Source: an uncultured Methylomirabilota bacterium (GTDB taxonomy: Bacteria; Methylomirabilota; Methylomirabilia; Methylomirabilales; 2-02-FULL-66-22). Taken from it: 64,000 nt of DNA. Each line of letters starts with the position of its first letter. Positions within the stretch are counted from its first letter, which is position 1. Under the pieces are notes generated by a model, which searched no databases, was not told the origin of the DNA, and worked only from the letters and a program-made list of their open reading frames with translations. Made by a program: the position numbers and the translations under genes. Where the stretch lies: positions 1,856,001 to 1,920,000 of the forward strand of contig OY970067.1 in the NCBI GenBank assembly GCA_963705305.1, given 5' to 3'. Shown in pieces: positions 1 through 10,860 of this stretch.

Positions 1-762
1 GAGGGCCAGGTCGGGGTCCCGGAGTCCAACAACGGCTGCGTGGTCAAGACCATCCGCTACATCGGCCGACCCGCGCACGCGGGGGGCGCGCCCCACTTGG
101 GCGTCAACGCGCTGTATGCGGCCCAGATCGCGCTCGCGGCCATCAATGCCCTCCGAGAGACCTTCCGGGACGAGGACAGCATCCGCATCCACCCGATCAT
201 CACGGCGGGCGGTTCCCAGGTGAACGTGATCCCGGCCGACGTCCGCCTGGAGACGTACGTCCGGGGTAAGACGGTGCAGGCCATCCTGGAGGCGGACCGC
301 AAGGTGGACCGGGCCCTCCGGGCGGGGGCGCTGGCCCTGGGGGCCACGGTCGAGATCGAGACCTGGCCCGGCTACCTGCCGGTCGCCAATGATCCGCTCC
401 TCCGGGAACACTTCCGCCGGCTCGCGGTGTCCCTCGTCGGGGCGGAGCACGTCCGCACTCTCGGGCACCGGGCGGGCTCGACCGACCTGGGCGACCTGTC
501 CCACGTCATGCCCACGCTCCATCCCTACATCGGCGGGGCCGCGGGCGCCGGGCACGGGGCCGACTACCGGATCGTCGACCCGGCACTAGCGTACGTCACG
601 AACGCCAAGTTGCTCGCCGGCATGGCCGTTGACCTGCTCGGGGATGGGGCCCGACGGGCCCGCGAGGTCGTGGCCCAGGCCAAACCGCAGATGACCCGGG
701 CAGAGTACCTCGTGTTTCAACGCGGGATCACGCGGCGGGAGACGTACGAAGGGGGATCGTAG
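1..762 (+). CDS. M20-family amidohydrolase/peptidase, 5'-partial
   Basis: Motifs GRPAHAGGAPHLGVNAL, NVIPAD, GSTDLGD and GHGADY are typical of the M20 C-terminal half. Confidence 0.85.
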   Translation, partial: EGQVGVPESNNGCVVKTIRYIGRPAHAGGAPHLGVNALYAAQIALAAINALRETFRDEDSIRIHPIITAGGSQVNVIPADVRLETYVRGKTVQAILEADRKVDRALRAGALALGATVEIETWPGYLPVANDPLLREHFRRLAVSLVGAEHVRTLGHRAGSTDLGDLSHVMPTLHPYIGGAAGAGHGADYRIVDPALAYVTNAKLLAGMAVDLLGDGARRAREVVAQAKPQMTRAEYLVFQRGITRRETYEGGS

Positions 763-1338
763 ATGACCATACCCACAACGCGGGTGCCAGTTGCTCAAGG
801 AGAACCCTTGTAGGTACTCGTCGGACCGTATATGTAAAGCGCATCCCCCTGGGGACACCACCGTGCCTGCAACATGCTGCCCTCGGCCCCTTCTGTCCGC
901 AAACACGGGCGACGGCCATAATAGTGGTCGCACCGCGTGGCACAGCATCTCACCACATCGCCGGTCTTGGAGAGCGCGGGAGTCCCCGATGACAGAGCGC
1001 GCTAGTGTCCCGAGTTGGAAGTTCGGTAACGAATTCGCCGGCCCACCAGGCCACCCCGGTAGGCCTTGGATTTGCTGGAGGATTTATAACCCGAGACACC
1101 AGGTTCCGCACACCAGGGTATGATTTCCATCCAGCTTCAGTAAGGAACAAAGGGCATTGTGGGAGCCGGGCTGAATGGCCGACTCAGACCGGAAGGCGCT
1201 GCAGGGCAAATTGGCGCAGCCCGGGTGCGACTCAGGGATCTCGAGCGCAAGGCGGCGGAGACGTGAGCCTGAATCAAAACGCTGCGTGGCTGAGTCAGAC
1301 GAGTTGCATTGTAGTTACACTGTCGGTATACTTGTTTC

Positions 1339-1635
1339 ATGCCAGGGCTGCGAATCGAGTGGGACGAGTCCAAGAATCGTGCGAACGTGCGCAAGCACAA
1401 GATCTCTTTCCAGGAGGCGGCGACGATCTTCTATGATGAACGGGCGCTGCTCCTGGCAGACCCTGACCATTCCGAGGAGGAAGACCGGTTCATTCTGCTC
1501 GGACTCAGCGCCACGCTCCGGCTGCTGGTCGTCTGCCACTGCTACCGGCGCCGCGACGCGTCCATTCGAATCATCTCAGCGCGGAAGGCCACGAAGCCGG
1601 AGGCGGCGGTCTACGCGGACAGGTGGGGCCCATGA
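1339..1635 (+). CDS. brnT: BrnT-family toxin
   Basis: EWDESKNRANVRKHKISF...IRIISARKAT. Confidence 0.92.
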   Translation: MPGLRIEWDESKNRANVRKHKISFQEAATIFYDERALLLADPDHSEEEDRFILLGLSATLRLLVVCHCYRRRDASIRIISARKATKPEAAVYADRWGP

Positions 1636-1850
1636 GAAAGCAGTATGATTTCAGCAAGGCGACCCGGAACCCCTATACGGCGCAGCTCAAGCGGCAGGTC
1701 ACGATCCGACTGGACGAGCCGACCATCCGCTACTTCAAACAGTTGGCCGAGGAGACTGGCGTCCGGTACCAGACCCTGATCAACCTTTACCTTCGGGACT
1801 GTGCGGCCTCGGGCCGCAAGTTGGCCCTGACCTGGAAGCCGGCGGCGTAA
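1632..1850 (+). CDS. brnA: BrnA-family antitoxin
   Basis: MRKQYDFSKA...VTIRLD...YQTLINLYLRD; ATGA overlap with brnT. Confidence 0.9.
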   Translation: MRKQYDFSKATRNPYTAQLKRQVTIRLDEPTIRYFKQLAEETGVRYQTLINLYLRDCAASGRKLALTWKPAA

Positions 1851-2129
1851 TCTGGCGCCCGCGGGTCCCCCCGGGGACACCATAACCACCCCTGCTCGAC
1901 TCCTCGCGCTCTTCCGGTGTGTTTGATCCCCCTTGGAGCGTGATCCTGATAGTGGTGTTTCGCACCGAACGCCCCGCCTTGCACAATTCACTCGGCCGCC
2001 ACCTCCCCGGCACCACGGTCGGCCGATCAAGCTCGTGGCCGAGTTATCAGGCTTTTCGGGCAACCGCCCCCCTTGCTCTTACGACGCCGAGTTCTCCGCC
2101 GGTGACCAAGGATGATCTCCCGTTTGCCT

Positions 2130-2150
2130 TGATAGCATTCTGTGCTATCA
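2130..2150. promoter_or_regulatory. Probable HicB operator palindrome
   Basis: TGATAGCA-N5-TGCTATCA immediately upstream of hicA. Confidence 0.7.
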
Positions 2151-2157
2151 TACTCTC

Positions 2158-2412
2158 ATGACGACCAGGCAGCGACGGACGCTGCGAGCGGTGTCTGCTG
2201 TTCCGACTCGCACCAATCTGCGCTTCTCGGATGTCGCCGGCTTGATCGTCGCCCTGGGCGGCGAGGTCCGGGAGGGCGCCGCCTCGCGCGTGGTGTTCGA
2301 GTTGAAGGGAAGGCGTCTCTACCTGCATCGGCCACACCCCGTGCACGAGGCGAAGCGGTATCAGGTGGAAGAGGTGCGCGAGTTCCTGCCCGCGCTGGAG
2401 ATCCAGCCATGA
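2158..2412 (+). CDS. hicA: HicA-family toxin
   Basis: 84 aa, LHRPHP...KRYQVEEVREFL. Confidence 0.88.
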   Translation: MTTRQRRTLRAVSAVPTRTNLRFSDVAGLIVALGGEVREGAASRVVFELKGRRLYLHRPHPVHEAKRYQVEEVREFLPALEIQP

Positions 2413-2738
2413 CGAACACCATGACGTATAAAGGCTACACTGCCCGGGTCGAGTACGATCCGCGGGACGAGATTTTCGTTGGCCGTGTTCTTGGGATCGA
2501 GGATCGCATCACATTTCAGGGCGCGACGGTCGCCAAGCTGCGTCGTGACTTTCACGCGGCAATTGATCACTACTTGGCCGACTGTGCCGCGCGCGGCCGG
2601 ACCCCGCAGAAGTCCTATTCGGGAAAGATCCTTCTCCGTGTGGCCCCCGAGATTCACGCCCGCGCCGCCATGATCGCCGAAGAGCAGGGCAAGAGCCTGA
2701 ACCAGTGGGCCGCGGAGGTCTTGGCCCGCGCCAACTGA
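2409..2738 (+). CDS. hicB: HicB-family antitoxin
   Basis: MTYKGYTARVEYD...YSGKILLRV...KSLNQW. Confidence 0.92.
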   Translation: MTNTMTYKGYTARVEYDPRDEIFVGRVLGIEDRITFQGATVAKLRRDFHAAIDHYLADCAARGRTPQKSYSGKILLRVAPEIHARAAMIAEEQGKSLNQWAAEVLARAN

Positions 2739-3811
2739 AGCGGGCCGACCACCCGCGACTGCAGTTGGCTGAGAGGCAGGTACCCGCTAGCAGCCCCCGA
2801 TCAACCCTCCCTCCGCAACTGCACGACGTCCGGCCGCAAGTTGATCTTTGTCGGGAAGGCCGTAGTGTAGTCCGCAGGAAGCTGCCGTCCTATGAATGGA
2901 CGCGCAGACAACCGATCCCCGCCATTCCAATGACATCGATCAATCACCGCTTTTCCTGTCGTCATTGCGACATCACCAGACCCTCGATGGCAAATGTCCA
3001 CGCAGGGTTGGGTCCCTTTGGGGACACCACCCCGCCCGCTACTCCAGCCGGAGCTCTCGCACGCTTGTAGCCCAACTGGTTCCCGTCAGGGCGTCATCCG
3101 GGCAGATTGATTCGGGCCGCCCGGCCCGCCTTGGTAATCTGGTCAGCCACCCCCCTCAGGCACCGGGGCCGCCCGGTCAAGCCCCTGGCCGAACTCTCAG
3201 ACTCTTCGACGCGCGTCCCCTATCCATCCGCAATTCCGGAGAGAATGCGCAAGCCGTTGCCCGGCCGGATCAGTCAATTTAGTTTCAGAACTGCGCTGCG
3301 TCCCGGGCCATAAGTCTATTAAGTCTACTACGTCCCCTTGTATGGGCGGCCCCTGTGCTACTGGGTCGGAGGGCGTTTGCGGTTGACAGCCCGAGAGCCC
3401 GGCGATACTGTTCCACCGGCGGTTCGCCCGACTTCTCTCTTGCTATCCGGGGCGCGTTATGCGGAAACCATCTAAGCGTAGTTCAGCGGCACGATGCCAG
3501 CAACAAAAACGATCAGCGCCACTGATGGCTGTTTGCGACCCACAGCCGTCATAGACACTTTCAGTAGGCGGCCAATCACCTTATCGGTTCGCAAGGGGAT
3601 CAGCGTACTCATGATGCGCGAGATGGTTTTGACCGGTAGGTCTTGCAACTCACCGGTGCTAGATCCACGCTCCTTCCGGAAGGAGAGGGTCAGGGTGAGG
3701 AGGGACGATGCGCCGGCATCGGGAACGCACAGCGCCCGGTTCTTTTCTGGAGGCGGCAGACACGACCTGTTTTCGTACCATGAAACCGCTTAGCACGGAG
3801 GGGCTTCCCCG

Positions 3812-4654
3812 ATGGCGATCATCGATTCCCAGGTCCACGTCTATGAGGCGAACACGCCGAAACGGCCCTGGCACAGTGTGCCGAACTGGCCCGCTCACGT
3901 CACGGGTGACGAGATGGTGGCGGCGATGGACAAGGTCGGCGTCGACGGCGCGATCTTCATCTCCGCCTTTTCCATGTACCGGTACGACGCCAGCTACGCG
4001 GTGGAAGTGCAACGGGCCCACCCCGGCCGGTTCGCGCTCGTCAAGCCGGTCGATCCGGATAACCCGGCGGTGGCCGATGTCATCGCCGACTGGAAGAAGA
4101 CACCGGGCACGGTCGGCATCCGCATCATTATGACGAAGGAGGCGGGGCACGACCCGAACGACCCGGGCATCGACCGAATCCTGCGCGGAGCCGTTCGGCA
4201 CGACTTTCCGGTCAACATACTGTGCTGGGGTAACCTGAACGCGGGTGCTGCGCTGATCGACCGCTACCCCGACACGCGATTCATCATCGACCATCTGGGC
4301 ATCATGCAGCCCCGCACGCCGCCCGCCCCGCCCCAGCCTTGGGGCGACCTGCCGAAGGTGCTGGAGCTCGCCAAGCGCCCGAACGCGGTGATCAAGGTGA
4401 GCGGCGCCTGCACGCTGTCTCGGGAGCCGTATCCCTTCCCGGACATCTGGGACCCGCTCGCCCGCGTGTTCGACGCCTGGGGTTTCGACCGCTGCCTGTG
4501 GGGCACCGACTGGACCCGCGCCTTCGCGGTCGTCAACTACGAACAGGCCGTCGAGCCCTTCCGCCAGACCGACCGCCTGAGCGACAGCGAACGGGCGATG
4601 CTGATGGGCGGCGCCTGCGCCAAGGTCTACGGCTGGTCGCCGAAGAAAGGCTAG
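3812..4654 (+). CDS. Amidohydrolase (amidohydro_2 family)
   Basis: IIDSQVH, IIDHLG and LWGTDW motifs; RBS GGAGGG. Confidence 0.88.
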   Translation: MAIIDSQVHVYEANTPKRPWHSVPNWPAHVTGDEMVAAMDKVGVDGAIFISAFSMYRYDASYAVEVQRAHPGRFALVKPVDPDNPAVADVIADWKKTPGTVGIRIIMTKEAGHDPNDPGIDRILRGAVRHDFPVNILCWGNLNAGAALIDRYPDTRFIIDHLGIMQPRTPPAPPQPWGDLPKVLELAKRPNAVIKVSGACTLSREPYPFPDIWDPLARVFDAWGFDRCLWGTDWTRAFAVVNYEQAVEPFRQTDRLSDSERAMLMGGACAKVYGWSPKKG

Positions 4655-4791
4655 GTACTTCACCGCCCCATCAACCCACGCAAGAAACCCCGCCGCGTTC
4701 ACGACCAAGGGCAGCTTTGGTGAAACATTGCCAGCGGCGGATCATGGCCGAAATTAGCCACTCATAACAGTGTCTTCTGGGCGCGAGTGCC

Positions 4792-4855
4792 ACCGAACAA
4801 CGGCTTGCAGGACGACGCGCCGCAAGGGGGGGGCGCCTGAAGCCGGACGTTATCC
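4792..4855 (+). other. Integron attC site
   Basis: ACCGAAC...GGCTTGCAG...CTGAAGCC...GTTATCC: R''/L''/L'/R' layout with an extrahelical base. Confidence 0.75.
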
Positions 4856-4858
4856 GCA

Positions 4859-5569
4859 TTGGCGGGGACAGGTGTGTACGAACTCGATGAGGTAGTCCCC
4901 TGGGGACGGTCGTTCGGGGAGTACTGCCAGATGTTCGCCCTGGGCGATGTGGATCCGCAGGCGCGCATCCTCGGGTGTGCGGACGGGCCGGCGAGTTTCA
5001 ATGCGGAAGCGACGCGCCGTGGGCGCACCGTCGTCTCGTGCGATCCGCTGTACCGGTATGACGCGGCGTCCATCCGCGGCCGGATCGCCGCGACGTATGA
5101 CGTCGTCCTCGCCCAGACGCGCGCGAACCGGGCCGGGTTCGTGTGGGATACGTTCGCGTCGGTCGAGGAGCTGGGGGCCGCCCGGATGGCGGCCATGCGG
5201 ACCTTTCTCCAGGACTTCGACGCGGGCAAGGCGCAGGGGCGCTATGTGGAGGCCGCGCTGCCGACGCTGCCGTTTGCGGATCGATCCTTCGACCTCGCCG
5301 TGTGCTCCCACTTCTTGTTCCTGTACACCGAACAGCTGAGCGCGGCGTTCCACTGCGCGGCCATGCGCGAGCTCTGCCGCATCGCCGGGGAAGTGAGGGT
5401 GTTCCCGCTCCTGGCACTGGACGGCACCGAGTCGCGCCACGTCGAGGCGGTGGCGCGGTGCGTCGAGGCCGCGGGATTCGGGATGTCGATCGAGCCGGTT
5501 CCCTACGAGTTTCAGCGGGGTGGCAATCGGATGATGCGAGTCCATCGGCCGGCCTCGGCGCGGGGATGA
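4859..5569 (+). CDS. Class I SAM-dependent methyltransferase (gene cassette; start may be GTG 4874)
   Basis: ILGCADGPASFNAE and LPFADRSFDLAVCSHFLFLY; flanked by attC-like sites. Confidence 0.85.
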   Translation: MAGTGVYELDEVVPWGRSFGEYCQMFALGDVDPQARILGCADGPASFNAEATRRGRTVVSCDPLYRYDAASIRGRIAATYDVVLAQTRANRAGFVWDTFASVEELGAARMAAMRTFLQDFDAGKAQGRYVEAALPTLPFADRSFDLAVCSHFLFLYTEQLSAAFHCAAMRELCRIAGEVRVFPLLALDGTESRHVEAVARCVEAAGFGMSIEPVPYEFQRGGNRMMRVHRPASARG

Positions 5570-5623
5570 CAATTGCATCGAGCAGCCTCGCTTCGCGCGC
5601 AGTTCATGCGCCAGGCGTTAAAG
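5564..5623 (+). other. Degenerate attC site
   Basis: GGATGAC...TGCATCGAGC...GTTCATGCG...GTTAAAG; its R'' (GGATGAC) is complementary to the upstream GTTATCC with 1 mismatch. Confidence 0.65.
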
Positions 5624-5668
5624 CCCTCACGCCAGCACGCTCCTCTCCTCCCAGTGGGCAGATTCGCC

Positions 5669-5869
5669 CTACCCGCTACACAAAGGTGTTGAAGATTCGC
5701 TTGTCAATAGGCGCGATTCCTCTGTGGTTACAGCGCATTCCGTCCTTTTCGGATTGAGCTGACATCGAGGAAGATTTCTTCCCCGACAAGGCGTTCCGAT
5801 TCGGTCAACCAATTCATGCCGTTACTAGCGAAACGCCGACCGTTATCAACACCTTTGTGTAACGGCTAG
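5669..5869. mobile_element. 201-bp MITE (IS4-like ends)
   Basis: 24-bp TIRs CTA(C/G)CCG(C/T)TACACAAAGGTGTTGA; 9-bp direct repeat AGATTCGCC at 5660-5668 and 5870-5878. Confidence 0.85.
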
Positions 5870-6249
5870 AGATTCGCCCTTGATGGGGAGCCACATCAGA
5901 CTCGAACCCGTTACGTACACCGCCCCCCTCCCGTCCCCCCAGGGGGGAGAGCGGGGGGGACCGATCCGGCCGCCGGCAGGAGAAAGAAACAGGAGGGCCG
6001 CAAGTACTCGCGTTCATTTTGCACCTTGACTTTGCCCTCCGATAAAGGGTACGGTCATTCTGCTTGAAAGGCGCTCCCCGGCGACTCCTTCTGACGGCGG
6101 CGATGCCGGATGCAGAAATCATGGTGTGCGAACCCGTGGGCCCTGTGGGGACGGTGATCCCCAGAGGGCCGATGTGTTTCGGGACCGCGCAATCGGTGAG
6201 CGAGACGTAGCGTACGTATCCAACGTCCCCTTTCACGGAGGAGGCTGCT

Positions 6250-6603
6250 ATGGCTCGAAGCCCAAGCAGGAGACCGGCCAAACGAGAAGCACCGAAACGC
6301 CAGAGCAAGAGGGCGCGTGCCGCCAAACCAAGTGCTCTCCGCAAGCCTTCGGTATCGGAGCGCCTGGATGCGCTCGAAGCTCGAGTAGGCAAGCTGGTTA
6401 AGCATTTGGCCGATATACAGCGCCAGCCTGGGCCGGAGGGTCGAAGAGGACCAGCGGGCGCCGCAGGACCCCAGGGGCTGCCAGGGCCCAGAGGCGACCG
6501 AGGCGAGGTCGGTCCGATCGGTGCATCTGGACCGAAGGGTGACCCGGGCCCGCAAGGCCCACCCCGACCCCCTGCTCAGGTGTCAGCGGCCACCCTATAC
6601 TGA
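6250..6603 (+). CDS. Collagen-like protein, C-terminus cut by IS21
   Basis: RBS GGAGGAGG; basic N-terminus, short coiled coil, 15 Gly-X-Y triplets; last codons come from the IS end (6581 onward). Confidence 0.7.
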   Translation: MARSPSRRPAKREAPKRQSKRARAAKPSALRKPSVSERLDALEARVGKLVKHLADIQRQPGPEGRRGPAGAAGPQGLPGPRGDRGEVGPIGASGPKGDPGPQGPPRPPAQVSAATLY

Positions 6604-6681
6604 GCCACCGGGGTCGGGGATACTGAGCCACCCAGGGTCGGGCATACTGAGCCACCTCGGGTCGCCTGATACTGAGCCACC
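6597..6681 (+). repeat. IS21 left-end transposase-binding repeats
   Basis: ATACTGAGCCACC at 6597, 6620, 6644 and 6669. Confidence 0.85.
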
Positions 6682-6760
6682 CCAGCAGGCCGCCGGGTCC
6701 CTTGCGCTTCGCAGCCACATGGGGGCTTGCTCTCCGGGAACCCCAACCCGGAGGTGCCCC

Positions 6761-8333
6761 ATGGCTGGACGGAGGTGCGAGGTGACCGATGTACGCGAAG
6801 TGCTCCGCCGGCTCCGCCTCGGAGAGCCGGCCCGCCGGATCGCCCGCGAACTCGGGCTCAGTCGGAACACCGTGGCCGGCTACCACCGCTGGGCGCGGCA
6901 GCACGGCCTGCTCACCGGCGAACTGCCCGACGCGGCCGCGCTGGCCACGCTGCTCCACCCGCCGGAGCGCGCCCAGCCCCGGCTCGAGCAGTCCGGCGTG
7001 GCCCCGTTCCGCGCGCAGGTGGTGGCGTGGCGCCAGCAGGGTGTGGAGGGCCAGGCGATCTTCCAGCTCCTCGTCGAACAGCATGGCTTCACCGGGAGCT
7101 ACTCCGCCGTGAAGCGCTTCCTCCGCCGCCTGGAGCCGCCGACCCCGCGGGCCACGGTCCGGGTGGAGACGCCCCCGGGGGAGGAAGCGCAGGTCGACTT
7201 CGGCGCGGCGGGCCAGTTCTTCGATCCCGACCAGGGCCGCCTCCGCCGCGCCTGGGCGTTCGTGATGACGTTGGCCTTCAGCCGCCACCAGGTCCGTGGA
7301 GTTCGTCTTCGACCAGACCGTGACCACCTGGTGCCGCTGCCACCGCGCCGCCTTCGAGTGGTTCCAGGGGGTGACGCGCCGGGTGGTGCTCGATAACCTG
7401 AAGGCCGCCATCGTCCACGCGGCCCTCTACGACCCGGAGGTCCAGCGCGTCTACCGAGAGTGCGCCGAGCACTACGGCTTCCTCATCGCGCCCTGTCGGG
7501 TGCGGACCCCCGAGCACAAGGGCAAGGTCGAGCAGGGGGGCGTCCACTACGTGAAGCGCAATTGCCTCGCCGGCCAGGCCTTCCGCGACCTCCACCACGC
7601 GAACCAGCACGGCCTCCGCTGGTGCCTGGAGACCGCCGGGAGGCGCCGCCACGGCACGATCAAGCAGCAGCCCCTGGTGGCCTTCGAGACGGTCGAGCGG
7701 GCCGCGCTCCTCCCGCTCCCGGCGACCCCGTGGGCGCCGGTGACCTGGAAGCAGGCGAAGCTGCACCCCGACTGCCACGTCGTCTTCGCTGGCGCCTACT
7801 ACTCGGCGCCCTTCCGCCTGATCGGGCAGCGGCTCTGGGTGCGGGCCACGGCCACCCAGGTGCAGCTCTTCCACGAGCACGCCCTGGTCGCCACGCACCT
7901 CGCGGCCCGCCCCGGGCAGCGGCGCACACTCCACGACCACCTCCCCCCGGACAAGGTCCACTTCCTGCTGCAGACGCCGCTCTGGTGCCAGCAGCGGGCC
8001 GCCGACATCGGCCCGACCTGCGCCGCGTTCATCGCCGCCCTGCTGGGGGAGCGGCCCCTCGATCGGCTGCGGACCGCCCAGGGCGTTCTCCGGTTGGCGC
8101 CGCGCTACGGCGCGGCGCGCCTCGAGGCCGCCTGTGCCCGGGCGCTCGCGGTCGGCGAGATCCGGTATGCCACGGTGAAGACCATCCTGGCCGCGGGCCT
8201 CGATCGGCAGCCGCTGCTCGAGTTGGGGCTGGCGCCTCCGCCGCCCCCTGCCGCACCGCCCCCGCGGCATGCGCGCCCCTGGACCGACTTCTTCCCCGAC
8301 CCCGGTGGCGAAGGAGGTCCCCCATGGAACTGA
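6761..8333 (+). CDS. istA: IS21 transposase IstA (+1 frameshift near 7291-7295)
   Basis: HTH, PGEEAQVDFG, LDNLKAA, HKGKVE and YYSAP split over two frames. Confidence 0.88.
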
Positions 8334-9117
8334 CGCACCAGCTCACCCCGATGCTCCGCACGCTCCGGCTCTCCGGGATCCTGGAGACCCTGGAGGTGCG
8401 CAACCACCAGGCGATCGAGAGCCGCGCCTCGTTCGTCGAGTTCCTGACCCTGCTCCTGCACGACGAGGTGGAGCGGCGGGCCCAGTCCGCCCTCCGGCTC
8501 CGCCTCCGCCGCGCGGCCTTCGATCCTGGCAAGACGCTCGAGGGCTTCGACTTCGGCTTCAACCCAAAGTTGAACAAGGCCCAGGTCTTCGACCTCGCCA
8601 CCTGCCAGTTCGTCGCACGGCACGAGAACGTGTTGATCTACGGCCCGACCGGCGTGGGCAAGAGCCACCTGTCGCAAGCCCTGGCGCACGAGGCGTGCCG
8701 CCGCGGGTACGAGGTCCTCTTCGTGTCCACCGGGAAGCTGCTGGCCCCCTGGCCGGCGGCCGGGCCGACGGCACGCTCGCCCACCGGCTGGCCAAGTACC
8801 TGCGGCCCGATGTGCTCGTCCTGGATGACTTCGGGCTGAAGGCCCTCCGGGCCCCCGGCCCCGAGGACCTCTACGACATCATCCACGAGCGGTACGAGCG
8901 CGCGTCCATCGTGCTCACGAGCAACCGGGCCGTGAGCGAGTGGCCGGAGATCTTCGGCGAGCCGCTCCTGGCCTCCGCGGCCTTGGATCGGCTGACCCAC
9001 CGGGCCCACTTCGTGGAGATCACGGGGGCCAGCTACCGGGCCGAGCAGACCAAGCAGCAGCTCGCGGCCCAGCGGCGCAGTAAGCCGTCACCGAAGCAGG
9101 AGGCACGCCCAGCGTAA
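8324..9117 (+). CDS. istB: IS21 ATPase IstB (-1 frameshift near 8748)
   Basis: Walker A GPTGVGKS, then LVLDDFG, LTSNR and ALDRLTH in the next frame. Confidence 0.88.
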
Positions 9118-9213
9118 AGGTCCGGACAACCCACTTGCGAGGGACCCGGCTACGTCCTTCGCTGGCTCACCATGGGGTGACCCTGAGTGGCTCTCAATGG
9201 CCGGCCGTTGACA

Positions 9214-9714
9214 CAAAATGCGACATCAAGATTCTGGGGCGGACGACGGAAGCGGCCGAACGTTTTCACCGAGCACGGGGCCATCATGGCGGCAAACGTC
9301 CTGAACAGCAGCCGGGCCATTGATGTGAGCGTCTTTGTGGTCCGAGCGTTCGTGCGGCTGCGAGAGATGGCGGTCGTGAATCAGGAAGTTGCCAGGAGGC
9401 TGGACGAGCTGGACCGGAAGGCTGCGGGCCACGACAAAGCCATCCGCTCGCTGGTCCAGACCATTCGCCAGCTTATGGCGCCCGCCGATAAGGGGCGCCG
9501 GTCCATCGGCTTCCGGGTGGAGGAGGGGCGGCCGCCGTACGGGAAGCCTCGGCGGGTCGGAGTGGGACGGAAGACTAAATTATCAAGGCCTGACCCCAGG
9601 CGATTTGGTGTAAGGATAATAAGGAAGCAACGTCCCCTAAGTTTGGGGTGGGGGGCGGAGGAGAGCAACGGGGCCACGGAGAAACGGCGCGTTTCGGAGA
9701 GGGCGAATGCCTGA
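9214..9714 (+). pseudogene. 5'-truncated ORF6N-domain protein
   Basis: QNATS...FTEHGAIMAANVLNS...VVRAFVRLRE begins exactly at the IS21 right end. Confidence 0.75.
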
Positions 9715-10315
9715 GGGCAGAAGTAGTATCCAGGCTGCTGCTCGTCGAGTGGAGGAGATGATCGTCGTCGTCCGTGGCGAACGCGTGATACTGGACCACG
9801 ATCTGGCACAGCTCTATGACGTCACCACCAAGGCCTTGAACCAGGCGGTGAAGCGGAACCCCGGGCGCTTCCCTGTTGACTTTCTGTTTCGGCTCACGTT
9901 TCAAGAGGTTGCCGACCTACAATCACAGTCTGGAACCTCAGGTGCAAGGGGGAACCGGTCACAAATTGTGACCGGTTCCGAGAAGCACCGAAATCCACGG
10001 TTCCTTCCGTATGCCTTCACAGAACATGGCGCGCTCATGGCGGCGAATGTTCTGCGGAGTCCGCGGGCCGTGGAGATGAGCGTGTTCGTGGTCCGTGCCT
10101 TCGTCCGTCTGCGCCAGTCGCTCGCCGGTCATGCCGACCTGGCCCGCCGGCTTGGCGAAATGGAGAAGCGCTACGATGCGCAGTTCAAAATCGTCTTCGA
10201 TGCCATCCGGCAGCTCATGGCATCACCCGAGAAGCTGCGGCGCTCCATCGGCTTCCGAGTGGAGGAGAGACGGCCGCCATACGGGAAGCCTCGGCGGGTC
10301 GGAGTGGGGCGGTAA
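9707..10315 (+). CDS. ORF6N-domain DNA-binding protein
   Basis: RGERVILDHDLAQLYDV...NQAVKRN..RFP.DF.F...FTEHGALMAANVL. Confidence 0.88.
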   Translation: MPEGRSSIQAAARRVEEMIVVVRGERVILDHDLAQLYDVTTKALNQAVKRNPGRFPVDFLFRLTFQEVADLQSQSGTSGARGNRSQIVTGSEKHRNPRFLPYAFTEHGALMAANVLRSPRAVEMSVFVVRAFVRLRQSLAGHADLARRLGEMEKRYDAQFKIVFDAIRQLMASPEKLRRSIGFRVEERRPPYGKPRRVGVGR

Positions 10316-10860
10316 AGCAAATTATCAAGGCCTGGCGCCAGGCGATTTGGAACAAGGATAATAAGGAAGCAACGTCCCCTAAGTTGGGGGTGGGAGGGCG
10401 GAGGAGGGCAACGGGGCAGCGGAGGAGAGGAGATACGGAGACTGAGCATTGATGGGGGTACTCCGACACCCCGGTTCTCCGGTTCACCGTTTCCCGTCGT
10501 GACAATCTTGGCGTGAGGCTCAGAGGTTTTTCCGGTAGCTGATCGCTGACCTCTGATCTCTGACCTTTGGCCTGCTGGCTTGGAACGGCGGATCTGGAGA
10601 GGGGGAGGCAGGTTCACGCAAAGCCGCCAAGGGCGCGAAGGAGACCAGTCCCTGGCTGGAGGCTGACCCCTGACTTCTGACTACTGACCTCTGTCTTTCC
10701 CGGAGGAGAGAACGGTGGAGGAGCCGGAAGAACGTCGGCGTCACCACTCCGAACGTCACTCCGCATTCGAGCCGATGCCGGGACATTCCTAGCCGACCCA
10801 ATCGCCGATTCTCGTCCGAGGATCGGCGATTGTCTTCTCATTGATAGGAGTCGCCTCTCC

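Larger units (their letters stand above)
6581..9213 (+). mobile_element. IS21-family insertion sequence
   Basis: Ends TGTCAGCGGCC / GGCCGTTGACA; istA and istB inside; subterminal repeats; no target-site duplication. Confidence 0.9.

Noticed and set aside
2729..2770. CGCCAAC...GTTGGCT hairpin after hicB as an attC
   Set aside because: Only ~42 bp with no clear L boxes, too short for a functional attC
6597..6681. Four regularly spaced 13-bp repeats resembling a mini-CRISPR or iterons
   Set aside because: Spacers are only 10-12 bp and similar to each other; the repeats lie inside the IS21 left end, where such repeats are normal
10545..10695. Short 7-nt (TGACCTC-like) tandem repeats, and 8-nt repeats near 44976
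   Set aside because: Few, degenerate copies with no associated gene in the window
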